The notes under the pieces are model-generated. The model searched no databases. It was not told where the DNA came from and saw nothing but the letters and a program-made list of their open reading frames with translations. This document shows, in pieces, positions 56,707-64,000 of a DNA stretch of 64,000 nucleotides. Made by a program: the position numbers and the translations under genes. Source of the stretch: Saprospiraceae bacterium (GTDB taxonomy: Bacteria > Bacteroidota > Bacteroidia > Chitinophagales > Saprospiraceae); assembly GCA_041744755.1 (NCBI GenBank), contig JBGTKC010000087.1, forward strand, positions 2,600-66,599, in the 5' to 3' direction. Each line of letters begins with the position of its first letter. Position 1 is the first letter of the stretch.

Positions 56707-56789
56707 GCCGAAGTGGCGGAATGGTAGACGCGCTGGATTCAAAATCCTGTATGGGCAACTATGTGTGGGTTCGAGTCCCACCTTCGGTA
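56707..56789 (+). tRNA. tRNA-Leu (anticodon CAA)
   Basis: GCCGAAG TG GCGGAATGGTAGACGC ... loop TTCAAAA ... long variable arm ... GTGGG TTCGAGT CCCAC CTTCGGT A. Irregularities are a G1/U72 wobble and a U28/U42 mismatch. Confidence 0.8.
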
Positions 56790-56809
56790 CCGTAGCAATC
56801 ACACACCTG

Positions 56810-56893
56810 GCCCAGGTGGCGGAATTGGTAGACGCGCTGGTCTCAGAAGCCAGTGTCCGTTAGGACGTGCTGGTTCGACTCCAGTCTTGGGCA
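56810..56893 (+). tRNA. tRNA-Leu (anticodon CAG)
   Basis: GCCCAGG acceptor, anticodon loop CTCAGAA, long variable arm, TTCGACT T-loop, discriminator A. Confidence 0.9.
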
Positions 56894-56905
56894 CCCCGGA
56901 GAGGT

Positions 56906-56928
56906 CGCCGCGGCATTGCCCCGCGGCG
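56906..56928. terminator. GC-rich hairpin after the tRNA-Leu pair / GNAT gene
   Basis: CGCCGCGG / loop CATTGCC / CCGCGGCG, an 8-bp perfect stem between tRNA-Leu(CAG) and the convergent GNAT stop. Confidence 0.5.
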
Positions 56929-56947
56929 GCCGTCCCGTGTCTTTGGA

Positions 56948-57463
56948 TTAGCGTGGCGACCGCACGCCCATCCCGACTAGGTCGAGCACTTTGCCGTCCT
57001 TGACGATGACCGCCGGGAGGCGGTACTCCTCGGCGAAGCCGCACTTGGCGAGCACACTGAGGCTCGCTGCATTGCTGCCGAATACTTCGGCGTAGACCCG
57101 CTTAACCTCCAGCACCCGCCACGCGTAGTCGAGGGTCCACCGCACGGCCGCCGTCCCGATGCCCCGGCCCCACCAACGCCTCCCGAGCCAGTAGCCGATC
57201 TCTGCGTTGGTGCGCATGACGTCCTCACCGACGAACAGCCCCATAACTCCCGCGAACTCTCCGTCGGCCTCGATGACAAAGTTGCTCAGCAGACCATCCT
57301 GCTCGAAGGTTTTGTCGATGAAGGCGAGCGCGTCGTCGACGCTATACGGATGCGGGAAGTAGTCGCGGAGCCGCTCGGCCACCAGTCGGTCGTTGGCCTC
57401 TCGCGCCAGCGCCGGCGCATCCGTGATCCGCGGGCGGCGGAGTCGAATCTTCGGGGAGCTCAC
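56948..57463 (-). CDS. GNAT family N-acetyltransferase (RimJ/RimL-like)
   Basis: 171 aa. RRWWGRGIGTAA acetyl-CoA loop. Confidence 0.85.
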   Translation of the reverse strand: MSSPKIRLRRPRITDAPALAREANDRLVAERLRDYFPHPYSVDDALAFIDKTFEQDGLLSNFVIEADGEFAGVMGLFVGEDVMRTNAEIGYWLGRRWWGRGIGTAAVRWTLDYAWRVLEVKRVYAEVFGSNAASLSVLAKCGFAEEYRLPAVIVKDGKVLDLVGMGVRSPR

Positions 57464-57475
57464 GGGCGCGGTGGT

Positions 57476-58294
57476 TTACCGCAAATCTATGCGGCGCCAG
57501 CGCGCCGGGAAGACGAGCGTACGTTCGCTGGCGAGAAATAGCGATCTCCGGTCTGGCGCTACCGCTACCGATTCGTATTGCGTAAGCGTAAACGGCGCCC
57601 TGAGTTTACGGACGCGGTAGTCGTTTTGGCGAAAGCCCGCCATCGAGGCACGATAAATCGTGGTCTTGGTGAACGGCAGCGGGCCGATTAGCTGAAAATT
57701 GTAGGCCAGGACCGCGATGTCCGTATCGTCCAGCCAGACGGCATCGGTTACACTGCGCCGCCGCAACACAAAACTATCGCGCAGTTGGAGTCCGACGGCG
57801 GGGCCGCCCGTGAGTGCGGCCTGGTAGACGTATGCCATGCGACACTTACCTCCGCCTAAGGTCTTCGCTTTCGTGATCAGCGTGAGTGTGTCGTCCCGCA
57901 CGAGGCACGCCTCGCAGTCTAGGGCCCCGCGCGGGTACACGAGCGTGTATGCGCCGCGGAGCTGCCCGAGCCGGTCTACTCGGTAAGCGACGACATCGGA
58001 CCTCACGCGACCGTTGTCTCCGATATCGCAAACGATAAACTCCGCCGCGCTCGAATCATACGCTACGGCTTCCCAATCTCTGTTAGGAAGGCTTTCGCCA
58101 AACCGCTCCGCACTGCCATCTCGGAGGTCGACCGACCAGAGGTATCCGGCATTGCCGCTGTCGTTGACGGCGACGGCAGTCGAGTCACTGGTCATCACCC
58201 AGCCGCTAATTTCGTCGAGACTATCGGGCAGCCGCCGTTCGGCCGGCACACAGGCCCCGAGCGAGATTACGAAAATCTGTGCCACGATCGCCAA
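57476..58294 (-). CDS. Hypothetical lipoprotein, beta-rich
   Basis: TTG at 58294 gives (M)AIVAQIFVISLGAC, a lipobox. The remainder is GC3-rich and beta-strand-like. The upstream 131 codons of the track ORF look non-coding. Confidence 0.55.
   Translation of the reverse strand: MAIVAQIFVISLGACVPAERRLPDSLDEISGWVMTSDSTAVAVNDSGNAGYLWSVDLRDGSAERFGESLPNRDWEAVAYDSSAAEFIVCDIGDNGRVRSDVVAYRVDRLGQLRGAYTLVYPRGALDCEACLVRDDTLTLITKAKTLGGGKCRMAYVYQAALTGGPAVGLQLRDSFVLRRRSVTDAVWLDDTDIAVLAYNFQLIGPLPFTKTTIYRASMAGFRQNDYRVRKLRAPFTLTQYESVAVAPDRRSLFLASERTLVFPARWRRIDLR
57623..57637 (+). repeat. Exact copy of GTTTTGGCGAAAGCC
   Basis: Inside the hypothetical lipoprotein CDS, antisense. The gene reads GFRQN, a different frame. 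Confidence 0.9.
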
Positions 58295-58325
58295 CTGTTG
58301 CGCGCTCGCTACGTTGGGATTAGCG

Positions 58326-58748
58326 ATGTCGGACGAGCACACGGAACTTCCAGCAGATCTACAACGACAGCTCGCAGCTATCGAACGCGCGGCTAATGAA
58401 ATGTCCGCCGGCGCGCTCGTGAAAGAGGCGTTCGACTTGCCCGCTGTACCGCGTAGACCGTTGCCGAATACCCCCGCCCTGCACGCCTTCCGCACCCAAC
58501 TCAGGGGCGCGAGCCGCGAGGCCGTTCGCGTGAGGGACGTTTCGCTCTGGGTTATCGTCATCGGTTTGGGGCTCGCCGGGATCGGGATTGCCGTGTTGCG
58601 ACTTGAATTCGTCTGGGTCGGCTTGTTGGCGTTAATCGCCAGCGGATTCGTGATCGGTTTTTCGGCGATCGCGCTATACAAAGCCAACGAACGAGTACAG
58701 GATGCCGCGCGACAGCTCGAGCGACACAGTTTGCGCGAGCGAAATTAG
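58326..58748 (+). CDS. Hypothetical two-TM membrane protein
   Basis: MSDEHTELPADLQRQL... with two adjacent hydrophobic helices (LWVIVIGLGLAGIGIAVL, VGLLALIASGFVIGFSAIAL). Confidence 0.5.
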   Translation: MSDEHTELPADLQRQLAAIERAANEMSAGALVKEAFDLPAVPRRPLPNTPALHAFRTQLRGASREAVRVRDVSLWVIVIGLGLAGIGIAVLRLEFVWVGLLALIASGFVIGFSAIALYKANERVQDAARQLERHSLRERN

Positions 58749-58803
58749 GCTCGCTGTACTTCGGGTATGAACCTTTTTCGATGGTCCGGCAATACTTTCG
58801 GTA

Positions 58804-59088
58804 ATGTCAAGCAATCCCGAAGCCGACCCGCAGCCCGAATCCCACAAGTATAACGACGTGGAGATTACCGAAGAACTCCTTTGGCGCTTCATCGACGGCG
58901 ACTTACCCGACGAAGAGGAAGACCTCGTGGCCGAAGCTATCGCCGACGACGAGGTGATCGGTAATCTTTACCTAGAGCTGCTCGAAACCCACGACCAATT
59001 CGCAGGCTTCTTCAAGGACCGTCAGAAGGAGCAGGGGGCTACTTCCTTCAGTACCATGCTCGGTACGATGAACGACACCGCCAATTAG
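58804..59088 (+). CDS. Small acidic hypothetical protein
   Basis: 94 aa with good codon bias. LLWRFIDGDLPDEEEDLVAEAIADD loosely resembles anti-sigma factor N-termini. No TM. Confidence 0.5.
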   Translation: MSSNPEADPQPESHKYNDVEITEELLWRFIDGDLPDEEEDLVAEAIADDEVIGNLYLELLETHDQFAGFFKDRQKEQGATSFSTMLGTMNDTAN

Positions 59089-59207
59089 CGTGACGGCATT
59101 GCACTCGAGCGACCTGTAACGACCCGGCCCGAGGCTCGATCACTACTTCGGCCTCTCATGTGCCCGCGCTTAGGACCTTTAGTGTACAGAACGTTTACGG
59201 CTCGACC

Positions 59208-60542
59208 TCAACTACGAAACCCGAGACGAGCGGCCACACCTGCGCTGAAACGCGAGGTGCTTCCATCGTACACTAGACTTCCGTTTACATACGTAGCGGT
59301 CACGCTACCCGGAAAGCTGTGACCAGCGAAAGGGCTCCAGCCACATTTGCTATAGAGATTACGCTCGTCGACGACGGTCGGACTGATCGGATCAAAAACG
59401 ACCAAGTCTGCAGCGTAACCCTCCCTCAAGTACCCTCGGTCGACGATGTCAAAGCAGTCCGCCACGGCGTGACACATTTTCTCGACCAGCTTCGGCCAGT
59501 CAAATCGACCAGCGCGACGGGCTTCGTCCATCATGAGTAGACTGTGCTGTACCAGTGGCACCCCACCTGGGGCTTCCCAGTAGTGGGCAGCCTTCTCGGC
59601 CACGGTGTGCGGAGCGTGGTCGGTAGCGATCACGTCGATGCGGTCGGCGAGCAGCCCAGCCCAAATGGCGTCGCGGTCGCTGGCCTCCTTTACGGCGGGA
59701 TTGCACTTGAGTCCGTTGCCCAGCGCCGCGTAGTCCTCCCGCGCGAAGCGCAAGTGGTGGACGCACGCCTCGGCGGTGATTCGTTTGCCCCGCACTGGCC
59801 CCGCTGCGAACAGGTCAACCTCGCCGGCCGTAGTGATGTGTAGTACGTGAAGTCGGGTGTCGTGGGTCTTGGCGAGGGCCACCGCATAGCTACTTGACTT
59901 ATAGCAGCCCTCACGGGGCCGTACGACGGGGTGGTCGTAGGCGGTGGCATTCTGGCCTTTCGCGGCTAGGACCCGTAAGGTGGCCTCGCGCACGGTGGCC
60001 TCGTCCTCGCAGTGCGTGGCGACCAACGTGGGGGCCTCGGCAAATAGCGATTCGAGGGTCCGCGGGTCGTCGACGAGCATATTGCCAGTCGAAGAGCCCA
60101 TAAACGCTTTAATGCCGCAGACGGTACGCGGGTCGGTGGAGAGGACCTCGGCTAGGTTGTCGTTACTCACCCCCATGTAGAAGCTGTAGTTGACCGCAGA
60201 TTTCGCTGCCGCCAAAACGTAACGCTCCCCGAGCAGCGCCTGCGTGAGGGAGGCGGGCTTTACGTTAGGCATATCCATAAAACTGGTCGTCCCTCCGGCG
60301 GCGGCCGCGAGCGACTCGGTGGCGAGGTCGGCCTTGTGCGTGAGGCCGGGTTCGCGGAAGTGGACCTGGTCGTCGATGACGCCGGGCATGAGGATCTTGC
60401 CCTTGAGATCGATGGTGGTGGCACCGGCGGCCGAAACCCGCGGCCCCACCTCCGCGATCAGTCGCCCGTCCATCGAGAGCTCACCCTCGTACAGCCGGCC
60501 TTCGTTGACGATTAGTGCGTTCGTGAAGCGTGTTTTGCCCAT
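59208..60542 (-). CDS. pyrC: Dihydroorotase
   Basis: 444 aa from ATG 60542. LMPGVIDDQVHFREPGLTHK, the Bacteroidota-type metal motif as I recall it. TSFMDMPN, ATDHAPH. Confidence 0.88.
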   Translation of the reverse strand: MGKTRFTNALIVNEGRLYEGELSMDGRLIAEVGPRVSAAGATTIDLKGKILMPGVIDDQVHFREPGLTHKADLATESLAAAAGGTTSFMDMPNVKPASLTQALLGERYVLAAAKSAVNYSFYMGVSNDNLAEVLSTDPRTVCGIKAFMGSSTGNMLVDDPRTLESLFAEAPTLVATHCEDEATVREATLRVLAAKGQNATAYDHPVVRPREGCYKSSSYAVALAKTHDTRLHVLHITTAGEVDLFAAGPVRGKRITAEACVHHLRFAREDYAALGNGLKCNPAVKEASDRDAIWAGLLADRIDVIATDHAPHTVAEKAAHYWEAPGGVPLVQHSLLMMDEARRAGRFDWPKLVEKMCHAVADCFDIVDRGYLREGYAADLVVFDPISPTVVDERNLYSKCGWSPFAGHSFPGSVTATYVNGSLVYDGSTSRFSAGVAARLGFRS

Positions 60543-60727
60543 AAGGGCGAAAATACCCGACCTAGGATACAGACACGCCCCCCAATCGCCAGGAGCTTTG
60601 CCCAACGCAAGTAGCTCATGGCAATTGCGGATTTTACTGTGTGTCCTTTCCGACGACTGCCCCTACCTGTAGGGGCAGTCGTTTGCTTGTGTGGGAATGT
60701 GGCAGCGGTCGCGCATCTTGCGCACCG

Positions 60728-61891
60728 ATGCAGCAGGCCCCCCACAAGCTTACCATTGCCGTCCTCGGGGGCGGACAGCTCGGCAGCATGATGGCGGAGG
60801 CTGCGCAACCGTTGCGCCTGCGGGTCCATTGCCTGGATTCCGACGCGGCCGCCCCGGCGAGCTATAATGCCGCTGCCTTTGCCGAGGGCGACATCCGCGA
60901 CGCCCGCACCGTGGAGGCCTTCGGGCGCCACGCCGACGTGGTGACGATTGAGATCGAAAATGTCAGCACGGAGGGGATGCGCCGCCTGCGTGAGGACCAC
61001 GGTCGGCGGGTGTGCCCGAGTCCGGAAGCCTTAGCCATCATTCAGGATAAGGGACTACAAAAAGAGCACTTCCGACAACACCAGGTGCCGACCGCGCCAT
61101 TCGAATTATACACCGACGAGGCGAACCTCCGTGCCCGGGTTGGGACGGGTGACCTCCCCTACCCCTTTGTCCAGAAGACGCGCACCGGCGGTTACGACGG
61201 CAGGGGAGTGGCGATCGTCCGCGACGAACGCGATCTACATCAACTCCTTCCGGGTCCTAGCCTCACGGAGCCGCTCGTAGCGTACACTAAGGAGTTGGCT
61301 GTAGTCGTGGCGCGCCGTGCTGCGGGTGAAGTCCGCAGCTTTCCGGTTGTTGAAATGGACTTTGATCCGCAGCAAAATTTGGTCGTGCAACTGCTGTCAC
61401 CGGCGCGCGTCGACGCTGCGGTCGCCCGCAACGCACAGACGATCGCCGAAGAGCTTGCCGCCTCCCTCGGTATCTGCGGCCTACTCGCAGTAGAGTTTTT
61501 CCTCCTCGCCGATGGCTCGCTGCTTGTCAATGAGGTGGCGCCGCGTCCGCACAACTCCGGACACATCACTATGGACGGCTTCGCCACCTCGCAATTCGAG
61601 CAGCACCTGCGGGCGATCCTCGACTGGCCGCTCGGATCCACCGAGCAGTACCGGCCAGCGGTCATGGTGAATTTGCTGGGCGAGGAGGGCGCCACGGGAC
61701 CCGCCGTGTACGAGGGCCTCGAAGCAGCGTTGGCGATGCCGGGTGTCCACGTCCACCTTTACGGTAAGCACACCTCGAAGCCCCACCGCAAGATGGGCCA
61801 CGTCAATATCGTAGCCGAGACCTTCGACGTCGCCATGCGGCGGGCGGAGAAAGTGCGGGCGATTCTGCGGGCTTTCGCCAAAACCAACTGA
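60728..61891 (+). CDS. purK: 5-(carboxyamino)imidazole ribonucleotide synthase
   Basis: IAVLGGGQLGSMM N-terminus, ATP-grasp core, NEVAPRPHNSGH motif. ATG at 60728. Confidence 0.95.
   Translation: MQQAPHKLTIAVLGGGQLGSMMAEAAQPLRLRVHCLDSDAAAPASYNAAAFAEGDIRDARTVEAFGRHADVVTIEIENVSTEGMRRLREDHGRRVCPSPEALAIIQDKGLQKEHFRQHQVPTAPFELYTDEANLRARVGTGDLPYPFVQKTRTGGYDGRGVAIVRDERDLHQLLPGPSLTEPLVAYTKELAVVVARRAAGEVRSFPVVEMDFDPQQNLVVQLLSPARVDAAVARNAQTIAEELAASLGICGLLAVEFFLLADGSLLVNEVAPRPHNSGHITMDGFATSQFEQHLRAILDWPLGSTEQYRPAVMVNLLGEEGATGPAVYEGLEAALAMPGVHVHLYGKHTSKPHRKMGHVNIVAETFDVAMRRAEKVRAILRAFAKTN
61869..61883 (-). repeat. Exact copy of GTTTTGGCGAAAGCC
   Basis: Last codons of purK (RAFAKTN then stop), antisense to the gene. 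Confidence 0.9.
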
Positions 61892-61895
61892 GCTC

Positions 61896-62393
61896 ATGGT
61901 ATCGATCGTAATGGGGAGTGACTCGGACTTGCGCGTGATGCAAGCCGCGGTGGACGTGATGGAATCCTTCGGGATCACCTACGAGGTGGATGTCGTCAGC
62001 GCGCACCGCACGCCGCGCAAGCTCTACGACTTCGCCACCGGAGCGGCCGAGCGCGGGGTGCAGGTCATCATCGCCGGCGCCGGAGGCGCGGCGCACTTGC
62101 CGGGCATGGTGGCGAGCCTGACGCCCTTACCGGTGATTGGCGTGCCGATCAAAAGCTCGAATAGTATCGACGGCTGGGATTCCGTACTGTCGATTCTGCA
62201 GATGCCGGGCGGGGTACCGGTGGCGACCGTGGCGTTAGACGGAGCGAAAAATGCAGGATTACTGGCGGTACAAGTCTTGGGCGCCTCCGATCATGCCGTG
62301 CGAGCGAAGATTGCGGCTTACAAGCATGGCCTGGCCGAGGAGGTTTTGGCGAAAGCACAAAAAGTCCGTAAGCAGTTTAATGCGAAGGAGTAA
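61896..62393 (+). CDS. purE: 5-(carboxyamino)imidazole ribonucleotide mutase
   Basis: VSIVMGSDSDL, SAHRTP, IAGAGGAAHLPGM motifs. Confidence 0.97.
   Translation: MVSIVMGSDSDLRVMQAAVDVMESFGITYEVDVVSAHRTPRKLYDFATGAAERGVQVIIAGAGGAAHLPGMVASLTPLPVIGVPIKSSNSIDGWDSVLSILQMPGGVPVATVALDGAKNAGLLAVQVLGASDHAVRAKIAAYKHGLAEEVLAKAQKVRKQFNAKE
62343..62357 (+). repeat. Copy of GTTTTGGCGAAAGCC (14/15: GTTTTGGCGAAAGCA)
   Basis: Inside purE, sense strand. Encodes VLAKA. Confidence 0.9.
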
Positions 62394-62458
62394 GTACGGC
62401 GTTACTGCCCGCGCGTACAGCCGGTTCCGACGTATTTTCAGGTTGCGCGACGTCCTAC

Positions 62459-63007
62459 CTAGGCCGATCGCATGGAGGCTAAATCTGCGGAGATCTCGCG
62501 GCGGAAGGCCTCGTAGGCGGACTGCAGGCGTTCTCCTTGCGACTCTACGCGCGTTTTGACCTGCCCTAGCTCGCTCGTTAGCCGCCGCTCTTCACCCTCG
62601 GCGGCGCTGAGACTGCGCTGGAGCTCATCTATTTGCTCTCGTATTTGCCGCTGCTGCCCGCGGACCTCTTCGATGGCGCGGCGCTCGGCGGCCAGGCCCT
62701 CGGTAAGGCGCGTCGCCATCGCGGCGAGAATCTTGTCGTGTTCGGTCTCGAGGGCGGCGAGGTGGCCCTCGGTGCTTTTGAGGAGGCTGTGGCGATCACG
62801 CCCCAGGGTTTCGGCGGTCACGAACACCGACATCAGGGCGTCCCGCTCGCTGAGGCCCTTTTCGACTAAGGAGCGGACGGCAGTTCGGAGCTCGATGTAG
62901 GTAAATGTCGCGTCATCCACCTGCGCGAGGGCACGTGCGTATACCTGGCTAGCCTCGGCATCGACGGAGTCGTCGAGGCGGAATGCTGCAGAGACGTTCT
63001 TGGACAT
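62459..63007 (-). CDS. Hypothetical coiled-coil protein
   Basis: About 182 aa from ATG 63007. The C-terminal half is heptad-like and rich in E/R/Q/L. No family recognised. Confidence 0.5.
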   Translation of the reverse strand: MSKNVSAAFRLDDSVDAEASQVYARALAQVDDATFTYIELRTAVRSLVEKGLSERDALMSVFVTAETLGRDRHSLLKSTEGHLAALETEHDKILAAMATRLTEGLAAERRAIEEVRGQQRQIREQIDELQRSLSAAEGEERRLTSELGQVKTRVESQGERLQSAYEAFRREISADLASMRSA

Positions 63008-63141
63008 AGGAAAGCGACTCGATGGGTGAGGCAAGGCTTAGGATAGCCCGTTCAGCGTGTGGGCGGCAAACTAGGGCCGCGCCTCGTGCAGTCCCGGCGA
63101 AGTTCTACCAAACTAAGTTCAGCATCGATAGTCACGACCCG

Positions 63142-63945
63142 TTACCAGGCAATCTGAGCCATCTTTTCCACGAGCACCCGCGCCTCGTGCCGAGCTGCTG
63201 CTTCGAAGTCGCTCCCGCCGGAGGCGTACAAGATCCCGCGGCTTGAGTTGATCAGCAGGCCGCCGCCGGCGATTCTGCCGTGGCGTAAAACACCCTCCAG
63301 GTCTCCGCCTTGCGCGCCGATGCCCGGAACGAGGAGGAAGTGTTCGGGCACCAGTTCGCGGATCCGGGAGAAGTCGTCGGGTTTGGTCGCGCCCGTCACG
63401 AACATCATATTATCGGGGGTCCCGAATTCGGCGCAGGTCACGAGGACGTGCTCCCACAGTGGCCGACCGGAGGCCATGAGACTCTGCTCGAAGTCGGCAC
63501 TACCGGAATTGCTGGTCAACCCGAGCACCACAGCCCAGTGTCCGTCGATCAGGAAGGGCTCGATCGAATCGCGCCCCATGTACGGCGCAACGGTCACCGC
63601 GTGGCAGCCGTAGGTCATGAAGAAGGTTTGTGCGTAGCGTTCGGCGGTATTGCCGATGTCGCCTCGCTTCGCATCGGCGATGAGGAAGTGGGTAGGCGGG
63701 ACGTGCGCGCACGTTTTGGCGAAAGCCTCCATCCCTGGCACGCCGAGGCACTCAAAAAAGGCGAGGTTGGGTTTGTAAGCCACGGCCAGATCCAGGGTCG
63801 CGTCGATGATCCGGCGACAGAAGTCCGCGACGCCGCCCGCGTCGCGTTTGATGCCAGCGGGCAGCTGATCGAGTACGGGGTCGAGGCCGACGCACAGCAT
63901 CGATCCGGTGCGCGCGATGGCGGCTTCTAGGGTTCGGCGGTCCAC
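63142..63945 (-). CDS. pyrF: Orotidine 5'-phosphate decarboxylase (type 2)
   Basis: LCVGLDP, ADAKRGDIGNT, VPGIGAQGG motifs, 267 aa. Confidence 0.93.
   Translation of the reverse strand: MDRRTLEAAIARTGSMLCVGLDPVLDQLPAGIKRDAGGVADFCRRIIDATLDLAVAYKPNLAFFECLGVPGMEAFAKTCAHVPPTHFLIADAKRGDIGNTAERYAQTFFMTYGCHAVTVAPYMGRDSIEPFLIDGHWAVVLGLTSNSGSADFEQSLMASGRPLWEHVLVTCAEFGTPDNMMFVTGATKPDDFSRIRELVPEHFLLVPGIGAQGGDLEGVLRHGRIAGGGLLINSSRGILYASGGSDFEAAARHEARVLVEKMAQIAW
63713..63727 (+). repeat. Exact copy of GTTTTGGCGAAAGCC
   Basis: Inside pyrF, antisense. The gene reads AFAKT. Confidence 0.9.
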
Positions 63946-64000
63946 GGGGCTACCGTTCCGGGGCGGGAGCGATGTACGCGGCGCTCGGGGCCATGCCGTT

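Noticed and set aside
56554-56802. N-terminal extension of the glgX copy-2 ORF, starting MIATVPKVGLEPTHSCPYRILNPARLPFRHF.
   Set aside because: This peptide is the antisense translation of tRNA-Leu(CAA), a well-known artefact. The GlgX homology starts after the ATG at 56553.
22011-63727. Explaining the repeated 15-mer as a conserved protein motif, a MITE/REP element or a CRISPR repeat.
   Set aside because: The copies are translated in three frames and on both strands in unrelated proteins. No flank beyond 15 nt is conserved. The copies are kilobases apart rather than regularly spaced with unique spacers, and most lie inside essential genes.

Overview
This is a 64-kb chromosomal window from a high-GC bacterium. 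I infer Bacteroidota from the gldA/gldF/gldG gliding-motility ABC genes, a fused secDF, and the DUF4199, DUF1573, DUF4159 and BatA-N families. Coding density is about 90% and the content is mostly housekeeping. I call 58 intact CDS, one likely pseudogene and 4 tRNAs (His-GTG, Ser-TGA, Leu-CAA, Leu-CAG). Recognised genes include secDF, ggt, mltA, rsmE, rseP, mnmA, rimM, yajC, aroK, trxB, fbaA, leuS, queE, gmhB, pyrC, purK, purE and pyrF. There is an exopolysaccharide locus (40.4-47.7 kb) with a Wzc-like kinase, a flippase, a glycosyltransferase, an O-antigen-ligase-like protein and a half-size TolC-like protein. A four-gene trehalose operon (47.7-56.6 kb, minus strand) reads glgX-treZ-treY-glgX, with two glgX paralogs bracketing treZ/treY. 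I saw no CRISPR array, transposase, integrase, phage genes or recognisable defence system.

The main unexplained signal is a short DNA word, GTTTTGGCGAAAGCC. It occurs 12 times nearly exactly and at least 20 more times as close variants. It appears on both strands, in three reading frames of unrelated genes, and in intergenic DNA, with no flanking conservation. Its core GCGAAAGC is a classic stable mini-hairpin, and several variants carry compensatory stem changes. This looks like DNA-level selection, comparable to an uptake or recognition sequence, which to my knowledge is not described for this phylum.

All calls come from reading the sequence and the ORF track by eye. Motif counts may be incomplete, and many long ORFs in the track are antisense shadows typical of high-GC DNA.
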